Shown here piece after piece: positions 39,630 through 53,496 of a DNA stretch of 64,000 bases (the stretch's first letter is position 1; every line of letters starts with the position of its first letter). The stretch comes from Eledone cirrhosa (taxonomy: Eukaryota). A program made the translations under genes and the position numbers. The notes beneath the pieces were generated by a model. That model had not been told where the DNA came from. It made no database searches and saw nothing but the letters and a program-made list of their open reading frames with translations. The DNA lies in the NCBI GenBank assembly GCA_964016885.1, contig OZ024743.1, positions 250,728,001-250,792,000 on the forward strand. The letters run 5' to 3'.

Positions 39630-40108
39630 GGTTGTTGAGGACGGTTGTATGATGCCTGTGTGAGATACGTGATGCTGCATGGTAGTGAGACATGGGCAGC
39701 AACTGCAGAGGATATGTGATGGCTGGAGAGAAATGAAGCAAGTATGCTCTGTTGGATGTGTAATGCCAATGTGTGTGAACGACCAAACATAGACGAGTTG
39801 AGAAAGAAACTTGGTATAAGAGGGATAAGTTGTGGTGTGCAGGAGAGAAGGCTGAGAAGGTATGGACATGTGATGCGCATGGAGGGTGACCACTGGGTAA
39901 AGAAGTGCCAAGAAATCTCAGTAGAAGGAAGACGCGGTAGAGGTAGACTACGAAAAACATGGGCGGGGGTGGTGAGAGCAGACCTCAGATCGCTGAAACT
40001 CACCAAGGAGATGACGAAGGACCGTGACAAAAGGAGAGATGCTGTGCTGAGTAGGACATGTCCAACCCTTGCAAGCAGGGAAAAGCGGACGTAAAATGAT
40101 GATGATGA
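39630..40108 (+). mobile_element. RTE LINE 3' fragment (same family as 33108-36383)
   Basis: MLCWMCNANV...RRLRRYGHVMRME...LASREKRT plus (GAT)n tail. Confidence 0.9.
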
Positions 40109-40249
40109 TATATGTATCTTTGTATATGTATTTCTACTGCATTATATCAGCTTTCTGAAAATTATCAATCACACACACACACACATATATGTGTGTGTGT
40201 GTGTGTGTATGTGCATATATGTATATATATATGTATGCGTATGTTTGAG

Positions 40250-40288
<39 letters not shown>

Positions 40289-40950
40289 ACAGAGACATGG
40301 AAATACTTTGTTTGGCGTTTGAGCATGCGGTTAGCTGACCAGGAGTGAGGAGCCTCTAGTTATTGTTATGACATCATTCTAGGAGAAGGAAAACTTTGAT
40401 GTGAAACCTACGACTCAATAACAATCAAAGATGTTGACCTGTTCTAACTTTTGGATACTGTCACAGTTGTTCAGAGAGAAGGATTAGTCCAGTGCAAGGC
40501 ATTTCTTCACTTAAAAAAGCTTCAAGCACAAGCTTCACATAATCTAAATGACTTTAATATGTGTTGCATAAGCATTGCTTTTCCTTTTTTCTTTCACTGC
40601 AGCATATACTGAACAGAATCTACATTCTTGGCAGGATCATGTTCGTGCCATCTGTGTATGAGAAAAAAGTCAAGGGATGGAAATTCTTTTACAGGCCATC
40701 AGGAAAAAGATGATAGTGTTTCACTACCATCCTTCTCAATGGCCTTACTAGCCTGATTAGCACATTTTCAATAATGAACTACTTCATTCCATTCCTAAGA
40801 ACTTTATATTCTTTTTATATATAGTGTATCATACTTTTTTCTTTCATACACCTTTTTCATATTTTAAATTTATACTCAGATGGTGAAATAAATAAGAAAC
40901 AAATCCTCAAAACTGAGATGCAGCCATTATATATATATATATATATATAT

Positions 40951-41600
40951 GAGGACGCTAGCATGTTTTTAGTAGTTTTAGAATTGCAGCACATGCGACG
41001 GGTCACTCGCAGGTTTGCAGTTGATGCATAAACACAGACAGTTATTTCTAAGATTTAACTACTGTGAATTTGAGGATTTTTAGTGAAATATATTTTTTTA
41101 ATGAAATATATACAAGGAGGATTAATCATTTTTTAAAAGGTAATATTTGAAGATCTAGTTAAACTTTAATTAGTTACCTACCTAGCTGTGTGTGTTTACA
41201 CACTTTACAAATTATCCCCTGTGATTGTTTCATGTGTTTATTTTAAATATATATATATATGTCAATCAATTTCTAGTTGATATAAAATGCTCGGATCTAT
41301 TCATTGGAATCTTTGAGCTTATTTTACAGTGGGTATGGCGCATGTCTCGGACATGACTCCCTTAATTTAATTTAATTAAATTTATTTCAAATATATAAAG
41401 CGCTCCTTATCTGTAGAGCTAAATCGGCTGAAAGGACTTGGCTGCTATTTATAGCTGTCGACCACCCTATTCATGCCAATGTGAGGACGCTAGCATGTTG
41501 TTAGTAGTTTTAGAATTGCAGCACGTGCGACGGGTCACTCGCAGGTTTGCAGTTGATGCGTAAACACAGACAATTATTTCTTCCTCCTTGCTGATGATCT
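40951..41600. mobile_element. non-coding element in (TA)n with ~98-bp direct repeats (Penelope pLTR-like)
   Basis: 40951-41048 is repeated at 41483-41580 with few mismatches; (TA)n on both flanks. Confidence 0.55.
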
Positions 41601-41634
<34 letters not shown>

Positions 41635-42299
41635 CACACACACACTGAGTATATGTATTGAGGAAAGGCAACATAAAAGGTCACCTGTCCATAAAAGATT
41701 GTCTCAAAAAATAAAACCCCCCAGTGAAGAGACTCTTAGCAGTGAAAATGGCCTTAAATTGTATGTTATTTCTTTTATCACATATACTATTGAATCAGTT
41801 ACATTAGCAAATAAGTGACTTACTGGGTTTTCGTATCATATTTTCATGTGACATATAAACAAATATATATGGTTTAGTAGTCCCAATGTTCAAATGACAC
41901 GATTTTGAAATTCTCATGAGTGGTGAATATATTTATGAAGTTTTAATATTTTGTTTGATATTCAAAATGTTTTAAGTGTCATTTAGAGAATAGTTTTGTC
42001 TCAGAACTCCATTATGTAATGATGTTTTTACCAATTTCTGAGGATTTTGAAGACTATATTCACTTAAAACACACCAAAAACGAATTTATATTTTAGTATC
42101 TCCATTACATAGAATTTTGGTAAAATCAGCAAAATATTGACCTTGTATATAAACCAAACTCCCATTTTACCATCGATTTCTTTTTGTCACATATTTCTCA
42201 GTTTATATATGAGTAATAGATGTCAATAATTATAGATTGCTGTGACTGTAACTTTTCCTCAAACCAGTCTGCCTTACAATTACTCTCAGTTTATATAAC

Positions 42300-43600
42300 A
42301 AAACTACATTAATAAATGACATACAAAACAAGTTATGACTGCCATATAAAACAACATCAATGCCATATAAAACAAGAATAATGGATGCCATATAAAACAA
42401 TAATATATACTATATGAAACAAATTTAGTGCTATATAATACAACATTAATGAATGTCATAAACAACAGTAATAAATACCATATGAAACAATGAATGCCAC
42501 ATAAAATGACATATACCATATGAAGCAACATTAATGAATGTCATATAAAACAGAAATTATTGCCATATAAAACATTATTGCCATATAAAACAAAAATGAC
42601 TGTCATAGAAAACAACATTAGTGTCATATAAAACAACATTAATGCTACATAAACAACATTAATCCTTTAGCATTTAAACCAGCCATAACCGGCCAGAATT
42701 CTCTTACCTCTTTCTGTTCAAACTGGCTGTAACTGGCCACTCATGTCTAGGTTAAGGTATTGTTCTCAAAATAAATAATATCAAAATCTCATAGATTCAA
42801 TATTATGTGAGATATTATGTAAGCTAAAGCCTTTACTGCAAAAATACAATAATAAACATAAAGTAATGTAAATGCTAAACAACATTATTGCCATATAAAA
42901 CAACATTAATGTTGTATAAAACAACAGTAATAAATGCCATATAAATAACATTAATGCCATAAAATCAGTAATAAATGCCACATAAATAATATTAATGCCA
43001 TATATAACAACATTTAATGTCATATAAAACATTGATTGTTTCTACTTTAGGCACAAGGCCAGCAATTACCCAGTGCATTACTGGTACTTTATTTTATCGA
43101 CCCCGTAAGGATGAAAGGTAAAGTCAACCTCGCCGGGATTTGAACTCAGATCGTAAAGGGACATAACTATGCTGGAAAGCATGGCGTCCGACCCTCTACC
43201 GATACTGCCAATCCACCGCCCTTGTCATATAAAACATTAATGTCATATAAAACAGTATGGCAGTATCGGTAGAGGGTCGGACGCCATGCTTTGACACATA
43301 GAGTTACGGCCCTTGCCATTCTGAGTTCAAATCCCGCCGAGGTTAACTTCACCTTTCATCCTTATGGGGTCGATAAAATAAAGTACCAGTAATGCACTGG
43401 GTAATTGCTGGCCTTGTGCCAAAAGTAGAAACAATTAATGTCATATAAAACAACATTAATGTCATAAAACAACAATGACTGCCATAAAAACAGTAATAAA
43501 TGCGATATAAACAACATTAATGCCATATAAAACAACATTAATTCCATATAAAACAACAGTAATGATTGCCATATAAATTCCATATACCATATAAAACACA
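42300..43600. repeat. degenerate ~21-bp satellite (TGCCATATAAAACAACATTAA) containing a MITE and two SINEs
   Basis: Dozens of variant units, interrupted at 42659-42879, 43035-43222 and 43257-43437. Confidence 0.85.
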
Positions 43601-44099
43601 AACTATAATGGCTGACTGATATAGTTATGTTTTGTTGTTGCATTTTTATTGTGAATGTTTTCTGCTTTATATTGATTTATATGGATTTTGCTATAGTTAT
43701 TATTGTTACCAGTAAGAATGGTGCATTGGCAGAGTTGTGAGGGTCATTTCTGATATTTAGTTATGACCCTTTATATTCTATGTTCTAATCCTGCTGAGGT
43801 CAACTTTGCCTTTCATCCTTCCAAGGTCAATAAAATAAAGTAGGAGTAACACATTGTGGTCAATTTCATTGACTTACCCTCCACCGAAATTGCTGGACTT
43901 TGCCTAAATCAGAAACCATTATTATTATCATACCATAATTTTCAGCATGGAGTTATGGCCCTTTACATTCTTAGTTCAAATCCCACTGAGGTTAACTTTG
44001 CTTTTCATTCTTACAGGGGCTCGGTAAAATAAAGCACCAGTAATGCACTGGGGTTATTGCTGACTTTCTGCCAAAAGTAGAAACAATTATTATTTCCAT

Positions 44100-44370
44100 T
44101 ATTATTTTTATTGTGCATCATTGCTGCTTTACCAAGCATAACTCTCTGCACCTTGGGTACGAGCAGGGTAGTTTTTGCTGATGTTTCTGTTGTATATAGT
44201 ACTTTTTGTAATATGTGTGCAGTGCCTAGTAGTGCTATCTTTTGTATGCTGTATATATTAGTAAGTCCTGGGCTTTTGGTTATGTGTTTGTCAGTGTGTT
44301 TTTTTCATTCCTAGAGGATCTATTATTATAGACTTTGTTTCTTTTTTGATTTTCCACATTCAAGTTATTT
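44100..44370 (-). mobile_element. R4/Dong-type (RLE) retrotransposon 3' fragment
   Basis: Minus strand encodes IQKIALLGTAHILQKVL, and the fragment lies among (TAA)n-type tracts. Confidence 0.65.
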
Positions 44371-45115
44371 CTTCTTCTTCTTCTTATTATTATTATTAGG
44401 GTGGTCGATTGGAAGAATTAGTAGAGCGCCGGACAACGTGCATGGCCCTTTACGTTCTGAGTTCAAATCCCACTGAGGTTAGCTTTGCCTTTCATCGTTA
44501 TGGGGTCGATAAAATACAGTACCAGTGACGCACTGGGGTTGATTTAATCAACTTTCCTCTCTCCCCAAATTACTGGCCCTGTGCCTATAGTAGAAATCAT
44601 TAGTAGTAGTAGTAGTTAGTAGTAGTAGTGCAGCATATATAATTCAGACTAATGTTTTTGCTGTTGCTTTTGTCAGGCATATTGCTGAGCTTGCTTATGG
44701 TATTATATAAGAGCATATGTCTGTACACACAAAGACATACATATCTTACACAATTTCATATACACATATTTAAAAAGGCATATGTGTGTATGTGTTTGTG
44801 TGTATATATATAGAGAGAGAGATAGATAGAGAGAGAGAAGGATAGAGTAAAAGAGAACAAAGAGTAACTGTAAGAGGAAGACATACATACACATGCAAAA
44901 AGCAACACACACACACGTATATATATATATATATGTATATATATAAATATATATATAAAATACATAATATATATATGTGCGTGTGTGTGTGTGTACATAT
45001 GTGTTTGTCTATGTTTACACATATCTCCCGGTAGAAACCACTACTCTTATTGTTTTTTTATTGATTTCTTTCAATCATTTTGTCTTTATCCATCTATTTA
45101 GTTATGAAACTTGTA

Positions 45116-45156
<41 letters not shown>

Positions 45157-45174
45157 CATCATCATCATCATATT

Positions 45175-45234
<60 letters not shown>

Positions 45235-45424
45235 TAAGAGAGAGAGAGAAAATATACATTCAGCAAGTTTGGTGTTGATTGTAGTTGTTGTTGTTATTGC
45301 CTCTTAATAGCAGTTGTTGTAACACCATATAGTGGGGCGGGGTGCTAGGAAAGGGTATTTTTATTATATTTATCCTTTTCCTTTCTTTATTATTATTATT
45401 TTTCATTTACTTTATGCAATCAAG

Positions 45425-45485
45425 GGATATGAAACTTTTGTGCACGCTCCATTAGACGGACCGACCATCTATTCAAATACAACAG
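45425..45485 (+). CDS. candidate 61-nt exon (GYETFVHAPLDGPTIYSNTT)
   Basis: CpG-retaining unique sequence between a T-rich tract plus AAG acceptor and a CAG/GTAGTA donor; open in phase 0-1. Confidence 0.35.
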
Positions 45486-45724
45486 GTAGTAAATACATTT
45501 ATGAATAAATGATTCAGTTATATGTATTTTTATTTGTTTATTTATTCGTTTTTTTAATTCATATTTGTTCTCTTTCTCTCTATTTGTTTTTCAAAATTGT
45601 TTGGGATAATATATATATCCCATATATATATATATGTGTGTGTGTCTGTGTATACACATATATATACACATATACAGATACATACTTATACACACATATA
45701 TATATGTATATATACACATATACA

Positions 45725-45764
<40 letters not shown>

Positions 45765-45765
45765 T

Positions 45766-45818
<53 letters not shown>

Positions 45819-45923
45819 TATACAATATATATTTTTGATCATGTTTTTGTTAATGTTGTCATTATTATTATGCTTTTATGGAAAACGGATGTTAAATGAT
45901 GATGATATATACATACATACACG

Positions 45924-45971
<48 letters not shown>

Positions 45972-48744
45972 CATATATATGAGATTACTATAAGTCTAAA
46001 GAGGAGACGTGGAAGGCGTGGAAAAGAAACCTATCCCACACTAACAAAACAAAATTCAAATGAATAATAATAATAATAATAATAACAATAATAATAATGA
46101 TAATACTAATAATAACAACAACAATATAATTATGACGACAATAACAATAATACAAAACTAAAATAAAAAAGTACAAATGTACTGAACACTTAGAGAAAAA
46201 TCCATAAATTTAGCTACCTTTTTTTCGTTTTTTTTTATTAATACATTTTAGTTTTGTTTTCTTTTCTTTTTGCATATTTTTACATATTTTTCTATTATTT
46301 ATATTTTACCTTTTTTTACCCGTTAGCTTTTAACAAATTTACTAATATTATTGAATCAGCTGCTTTGTTTGGTTACTTTTGGTACACGAGCTGTTAAAGT
46401 ACTAATACTGTGTATGTGTGTGTGTGTTGTTTTTGTATGTTTATATATATGTGTATTTGTGTCTGTGTTTTATGTCCCCATGAGTGTGCATAGAAGAGAA
46501 AGTGCAGTGTAAGTAGGCTGTACTGCCTGCATCCAAATTCTGTTGGATTATCCAGGACAGAATTTCTGTTATATATACAAATATTGTAAATGTTCACCCA
46601 AAGGGCTAAGAAAGAGAGATACTTAAATTTATTGACCTTCACTGAGTGTAAAGTCAAATTCGATCTCAGAGGGATTTGACTACAGAATGAAGAGATCTGA
46701 CAGTCACCATTAAGCATAAAGTCAAATTTGACTTTAGCAGGATTTGAACTCAGAATGTAGAGAACCGACTGATCCCAGAGAGTTTAAAGTAAAATTTTAC
46801 TTCAGTAGCTGGAAGATCATCATCGTCATCATCGTCATCATCACCATTTAATGTCCATTTTACCATGCTAGCATGGGTTAGACGTGTTATCCTGTTGTGA
46901 GGAATGCCAGGTTAGGTGACCCTGTCTTGTTCATACAGAACTGATTTTGGCATGATTTCTACAGCTGGATGCTTTTCCTAGTGTCAATCTCATTTACAGT
47001 GAGTACTGGATGCTTTTGTCGTGCCACCTACATGACCACTTTACAGAGTGGTTTGGGTGCTTTTTTGCCGTGTTGCTATCGTGACCACTAAATGACAGAA
47101 AACATTTTGTTTAACATTGTAATCTTTCTGCCAGAGTTGAGTACTTCATGTTATGTCAGAATCAATATAAATGTTAGCTGAAACAAATGTTAGTCTGTCA
47201 AAGTTTATGCATTTTGTACATTTGCAGTAAATGACAGCACTCTATGACTGTGTGGCAATGTTTTTATTAATCCAGTAGAAATAGCTTTATTATTTTACAC
47301 CATTATCAGAATCATTAAAGCCTTGAATTAAATGCTCTGGTATGTTTCATCCTTTCATGGTTGATAAATAAAACACCTGTCCAGGGATGGTGGATGGGAT
47401 ACTTTGCAATGTCTGATCTAGCTCTGAGTATTAAGAGTTCAAATACTGCTAAGGTCAACTTTGTCTGTCATGCTTTCAGAGAAGATAGTATCAGTTCAGA
47501 AGCAGTGGATTGCTGGAATTATTAAATAGTCTGACAGGATACTTTGCCATGTCTGATCTGGATCTGAGTGTTCTGAGTTCAAATCCTGACTTCTGCCAGG
47601 AGTTGCAACCAGTAGATACTATGAGCAATAGAACGACCAATGAAAACATTGCTTCCTTGATCTGATCCTATAATCCCTGTTTACATATCAGTGCTGTGGT
47701 TAATGTAGCCTGTTTATCGGTTCATGTTAAAATGTAAATTCAGATACAGCAGAGGATTTATGATGTTTGATTTACAATTTTCATACATGGCATCTTAGAT
47801 AGGTGTTTTTACCATAGTTTCAAAGCAATGCATGAAAACCTATTGGATCAATTGTACCTTGTTGTATGCTGTGTCACTCTGATTTGACTCAGAAATCATG
47901 CTAAGGGGACACCTGTCTGAGGAATATTCAGCCACTTACATTAACACTTAAATGGTTGAATATTCAGAGGATGAAGGACTGAATGCTAATTATCATGTTC
48001 ATCTCAATATTTAAAAATCAATGAAAGTATGTTCCACTTCAACTAATAGTACACATGTCTGTAGAATACTCAACCACTTACATGTTAATTCATGAGTCAA
48101 ACATTCATGTGATCAAACGACTAAATGCTTATCATCATTATCTTAATATGTATAAGTCAATAAACACATGTTCCAATTTGCAAGCCACAAATTTGAACTT
48201 AGGCAGCTGGAATTATGCATATGGCCTTATCTTTTCAACTAAATACTCACCATCAAATCTGACAGAGCATCAGTGATCATCATCAACCTCATCTGTTGAA
48301 ATACAGATTAATCTTTTGTTTGCTGTGGGGGTGTGGAAGGTATCCGGGGTGGGGGAGGATCAGTTCATACCTCAAATCAGTTCCATTCAAAGTTTAGTTA
48401 AAGTCGAAGTATTGAACTGTGTATCTAAGTTATAATCTTTTCTTTCAAAGCTGTGATGTAAGCTTTAGTTGATGTCAACTTAGTTGATGTTTCAATCCAT
48501 TGCAATGTTCTCAAGGCGTTCAACACTTTTGACATTTATGCTGTAGGAAATGTTATATTTACCATGATGTTAGCCCACCAGTGACACCTGAGATATGAAA
48601 AATGAGGTGTGAGGTGTGAGACGTGGGACGTGAGATTTGGCATGTGAATGCATTAAGTACAGGACAAGATTATAGAGTGCACCTAAGCTAAAAGAGAACT
48701 ATAGTAACAATGATTTAATAATTTCTAATACAATACAATTTTGT

Positions 48745-49815
48745 ATATATATACCTTTAAATATATATACACATATATACCTTTAAATATATATATACAC
48801 ATATATACCTTTAAATATATATGTGCACATGCACATGTACCTTTAAATATACAGGATGCGGAAAATATTTGTTTGCAATTTTCAACTGCTAATTTTATGC
48901 AAATTTTTTTTACACCCGTTGTCACTCTTGTCTTCATAAAAATAGTGACTATATTTCCATTATTTATTTTCAGAATAATTGATTATGAATAATTTTGAAC
49001 CTCCAAATTTGTGGAAGAGACACAGAGTTCTTGGAATCCATGCCGGGAGGACAAATAAGACCAGAAGATCAACAGGTGGATCGCTGTCTCATCCAAAGAC
49101 GTGCCCAGAGTCATGCAGACAAAGTTTCCAGTGACATTGGTCTTAGGTGTCGTTAGCAGTCAAGGTGACGTCATGCCACCTCACTTCTTCCCTGAGGGCC
49201 TCAAGCTGAATACCGATGGCTACATCCGCGTTCTGAGCGAGGTAGTAAAGCCCTGGATAGACCAGGTAGCTGCAGGTAGGCAGTACATGTGGCAGCAAGA
49301 CTCAGCGCCCTGCCATACCAGCCAAAAGACCCAAGCCTGGCTGTCAGAGAACTTCATCGACCGCACTTCACCTGACATCTGGCCTCCCAGCTCGCCTGAC
49401 TGCAACCCCCTCGACTTCTTTGTGTGGGGCACAGTGGAATGAGACACCAACAGATCTAGCTGCAATACGAAAGACGATCTGAAGGCCAGGGTCACAAGTG
49501 CCTTTAGTGGCCTAAGTTGGGGGACAGTGACGAAGGCCTGTAGCCGGTTCTAAGGCCGCCTTGAGGCCGTCATCAAAGCCAATGGCGGGTTTATCGAGTG
49601 AGATCGAAAGAACAAGTCATGAAGACAAACTGACACAAGTTTGATAAATATATCTTAAAAAATAAAACTACTGTGTTAGTTTTTCCTAGACAGTAATCTT
49701 GCGAACAGATATCGTCCGCACCCTGTATATGTGCATATATACCTTTAAATATATATATATACATATATACCTTTAAATATATATATACATATATACCTTT
49801 AAATATATATATATA
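48745..49815. repeat. ~28-bp minisatellite (TATACCTTTAAATATATATATACACATA) split by the maT element
   Basis: Units at 48745-48851 and 49728-49815. Confidence 0.8.
48852..49725 (+). mobile_element. Tc1/mariner superfamily, DD37D (maT) transposon, internally deleted
   Basis: ORF 49101..49442 has QQDSAPCH...WPPSSPDCNPLD with 37 residues between the second and third D. Imperfect ~30-bp TIRs (CAGGATGCGGAAAATATTTG / CAGATATCGTCCGCACCCTG) are flanked by TA. Confidence 0.9.
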
Positions 49816-49816
49816 T

Positions 49817-50155
49817 GGAGGCACATGACTTAGTGGTTAGAGCATTGGCCTTGCAATCGAAAGGTTGTGAGTTCAATTCTCAGACCGGGTGATGTGTTGT
49901 TTCCTTGAGCAAGACACTTTATTTCACATTGCTCCAGTTTACTCAGCTGTAGAAATGAGATGATAGGGGCTGGGGTCCCTATCATTCCACTGCAAAGTGG
50001 TCGTGGAGGTGCCACGGCAAAAAAGCACCCAGCACTCACTGTAAATGAGGTTGGTGTTAGGAAGGGCATCCAGCTGTAGAAATCAAGCCAGAATCAGTTC
50101 CCGTCCCACCCTTGCAAGCAGGGAAAAAGCGGACGTAAAATGAAATGATGATGAT
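49817..50155 (+). mobile_element. composite SINE: tRNA-like head + RTE 5'UTR-like module + RTE 3' tail; near-identical copy at 61550-61876
   Basis: Ends cgtcccacccttgcaagcagggaaaaagcggacgtaaaatga, matching the 3' end of the 58661 RTE; the middle matches the RTE 5' UTR at 36240-36302. Confidence 0.85.
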
Positions 50156-52460
50156 ATATATGTATCTATATATTTATTTATTTCAAGTATTTATAGTTTT
50201 GTTCTTAGTAAATTTAGATCCCAAACACACTGGTTCAATTCTAGTTCAACTTCAATGTGCTTTACTTCTGAAATTTATGAGAAAATAGTTTAATGTACAT
50301 GGCAGACTTGAATGGAACAAGCAAGGAGATAATGGCAAATTAAGAAGCAGAAAGGTACTAACACTACCACACCTTTTCAGGACTACCAAGATTGCTAGAA
50401 TAAGTATATATGGAAGTTGCTAGTGTGAGACTGTGCTGAATTAAATACTAAGAGTGATGGAGTTGATATATCCACTGGTAGTTAAGTGACTGTTCCTTGA
50501 TCTGCGGATTGTCATGTGATATGGCAGCAGGGACAACAATAGTGGTTTAACTAGTAAGACATTTATATATGCTAAATTTGCAGATGAGAGTCTGCCAGGT
50601 CATCTTAACAATGATCTAAGCCATTGTCCAGTCTAAAACAGATGTCTGGTTCAATTCATGCAGAGAACTCTTTCAATATTCTGATATATTTTGCATATAT
50701 AAATGCCTAACTAAAGTTCAGGTTTATCATTAAAAGTATCATTATAGCACACACACACACACACATATATATATATAGTTCAGTCCTCGCTAGCAGGGAA
50801 AGCAGATGTTAAAGCAACACTGATGATGATGTATGTGTGTGTAGATACACACACACACATATATACATATACAGTCACTAAATATTATTGTGCTTATCTG
50901 TGAAGGTTACATTGTAGCATCATGAAAATAATCTAGTTCAAGAAGTACTCCATGTCAGTCGTATATATCCAGCATTGTGGTGGTGATTAAATATTAAGAC
51001 AGATGTTATGTTTAAATCGACATGGTGGGTAGTATGTGATGATTACATCAGTAACTGGCACCAGTGTGATATCATAAGATGTTAACACAGTTATGTAAAG
51101 TTTTTATGTTGGTGTGTTGATCTGTCAGAGGTAAAATATTTCCATCCAGGAGCATGACAACCTATTCAAGCCAGGCTAGCATGGCAAGTGGATGTAAAAT
51201 GATGATAGGAATAATGATGGTGGTGATGCTAGTAAGGATGATAATAATGATGATGAATAGGATGAAAAAGAGGATGAGCATGCAGGTAGTTTCAGTAGGG
51301 TCAATTAAAGCAAAGGGTTAAAAAAAATGACCATTCTGTCACCAATAAGAATAATAACTCCCTGAAGTGTATTATGAAGGAATAAAATCATATATTTTTT
51401 GGCAGAGGAGGTGTAATTTATTATTTAGACAAACATCCAATGATTGATCTATATGACAAGATCAAAGAATGACAAAAGTAACCACAAATAAAGAATATAT
51501 AAAAATACATATGTGTTGATGACTTAAAAAATGCAATACAGCTATTTAATCATACAGGAATGCTAAACCGTTGTGATGATAAAAGATTATTCACACCTCA
51601 CTTTCAGAAGATGTTAAGCTATCTCTATATATATATATAACATCAGATATATAAGTCATGCAAATACTATCTCCACACATATCTTTCTGTGTGTTAGTTT
51701 TATTTATATATATATATACATTTATATATATAACCTTTGGGGACTCACACATCCTCAATCAAAATTAAAAACCAGTCATTTATTCAAACAGCGCTACAAA
51801 TATTCATCATATATATATATATATTTGTGTGTGTATACACAAAATATATATAAATATATGTTATATATATATATGTATATATATATATATGTATATATAT
51901 ATATGAAAATTTATGTTATATATATATACACACATAAATGTGTGTTTATATCATCATTATCAATTTACATCGTTTTTTCCTTGCTAGCAGTGAAAATGGA
52001 CGTTAAATGATGGTAGAATATAATAGTGTATATATATATATTAAATATATATATATAACATGTAACAACATTCATATGTTGTGTGGGAAAATATTTAAAT
52101 TACAACATGATATAAAATAGTATACAAATCACAAATATTTAAACAATAAATTCATTTTTTAAAAAACTATTCTACTCATACATCAATTGTAAAAGAGTAA
52201 AAGACATTTGTCTGTCAAAGGAGCTTAACATTTCTGGTGCTGAAAAGAAATAGTCTTCTAATTCTGATTTTATATTTCCCAAATCAAAAATAAAATAAAA
52301 CAGAAATTTTATGTATTTATCTCACAATTTTCGTATTTCCCCACTCAAAACATTTATTTTTATTTCTTGTATTCTTTCCAACAAGAGAAATAATATTGTG
52401 ATATGCACATGATATATATATATATATATATAATATATATAATATATATATATAATATAT

Positions 52461-52504
<44 letters not shown>

Positions 52505-52518
52505 TTTCTTTTATAGAC

Positions 52519-52576
<58 letters not shown>

Positions 52577-52581
<5 letters not shown>

Positions 52582-53415
52582 CAAATAACGAAACGAAATT
52601 AAATTTCGTTTCGCTTCTAACTCACTTTTGTATGACAGACGCTCAAACAATTAAGTTAAAGTGTACATCTACATATGTATACGGAAGTATTAGTATGCAT
52701 ATAAATACACACATGTATACATATGTACATGTACTGAGTTTTTCACTAGACACTTTACAGTGAGTGTCAGCTAGTCTGTATGTAACCACACAGACGGACC
52801 GGGTTTTAGAGTCATACGAGTTTTCAAGGAAACACATTTCCTCTATTCTCCAGAGGGCCAGACAGGAATATTGGACTAGTTTCGATGTTATTACATCTCA
52901 TCAGCAATATTTACCCATCTTCCGGCTTCTCTGGAGAATTGTAAAAGCACATATCGTTATATGCTTTTTCTATGAAAATTAGTAGTGGGTAGACTAATTT
53001 GCATAGAACGTGAGTCATTGTACGCACCGGTTCAGCGGAAACGATAAAAACAAATAACGAAACGAAATTAAATTTCGTTTCGCTTCTAACTCACTTTTGT
53101 ATGACAGACGCTCAAACAATTAAGTTAAAGTGTACATCTACATATGTATACGGAAGTATTAGTATGCATATAAATACACACATGTATACATATGTACATG
53201 TACTGAGTTTTTCACTAGACACTTTACAGTGAGTGTCAGCTAGTCTGTATGTAACCACACAGACGGACCGGTCCGTCTGTGTGGTTACATACAGACTAGC
53301 TGACACTCACTGTAAAGTGTCTAGTGAAAAACTCAGTACATGTACATATGTATACATGTGTGTATTTATATGCATACTAATACTTCCGTATACATATGTA
53401 GATGTACACTTTAAC

Positions 53416-53421
<6 letters not shown>
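52577..53421 (-). mobile_element. hammerhead-containing non-coding retroelement (Penelope pLTR/retrozyme-like): 469-bp unit, partial second unit, then fold-back
   Basis: 52577-52801 is repeated from 53046; 53118-53421 is a perfect spacerless palindrome; (TA)n on both sides. Confidence 0.85.
52867..52911 (-). ncRNA. minimal type I hammerhead ribozyme
   Basis: Minus strand: AATATTG-CTGATGA-GATGT(AATA)ACATC-GAAA-CTAG-TC-CAATATT. Intact core, GUC site, palindromic ACTAGT stem III. Confidence 0.9.

Positions 53422-53496
<75 letters not shown>

Noticed and set aside
49817-49890. tRNA genes at SINE heads (also 16425, 53495, 61550)
   Set aside because: A/B-box-like motifs continue directly into SINE bodies, and there is no clean cloverleaf with an acceptor stem.
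52360-53493. Repeated short ORFs (MSASLYVTTQTDR, MFERLSYKSEL) suggesting a peptide family
   Set aside because: By-products of the tandem and inverted repeat; they run into microsatellites, and frames are not consistently preserved in the 57.4-kb locus.
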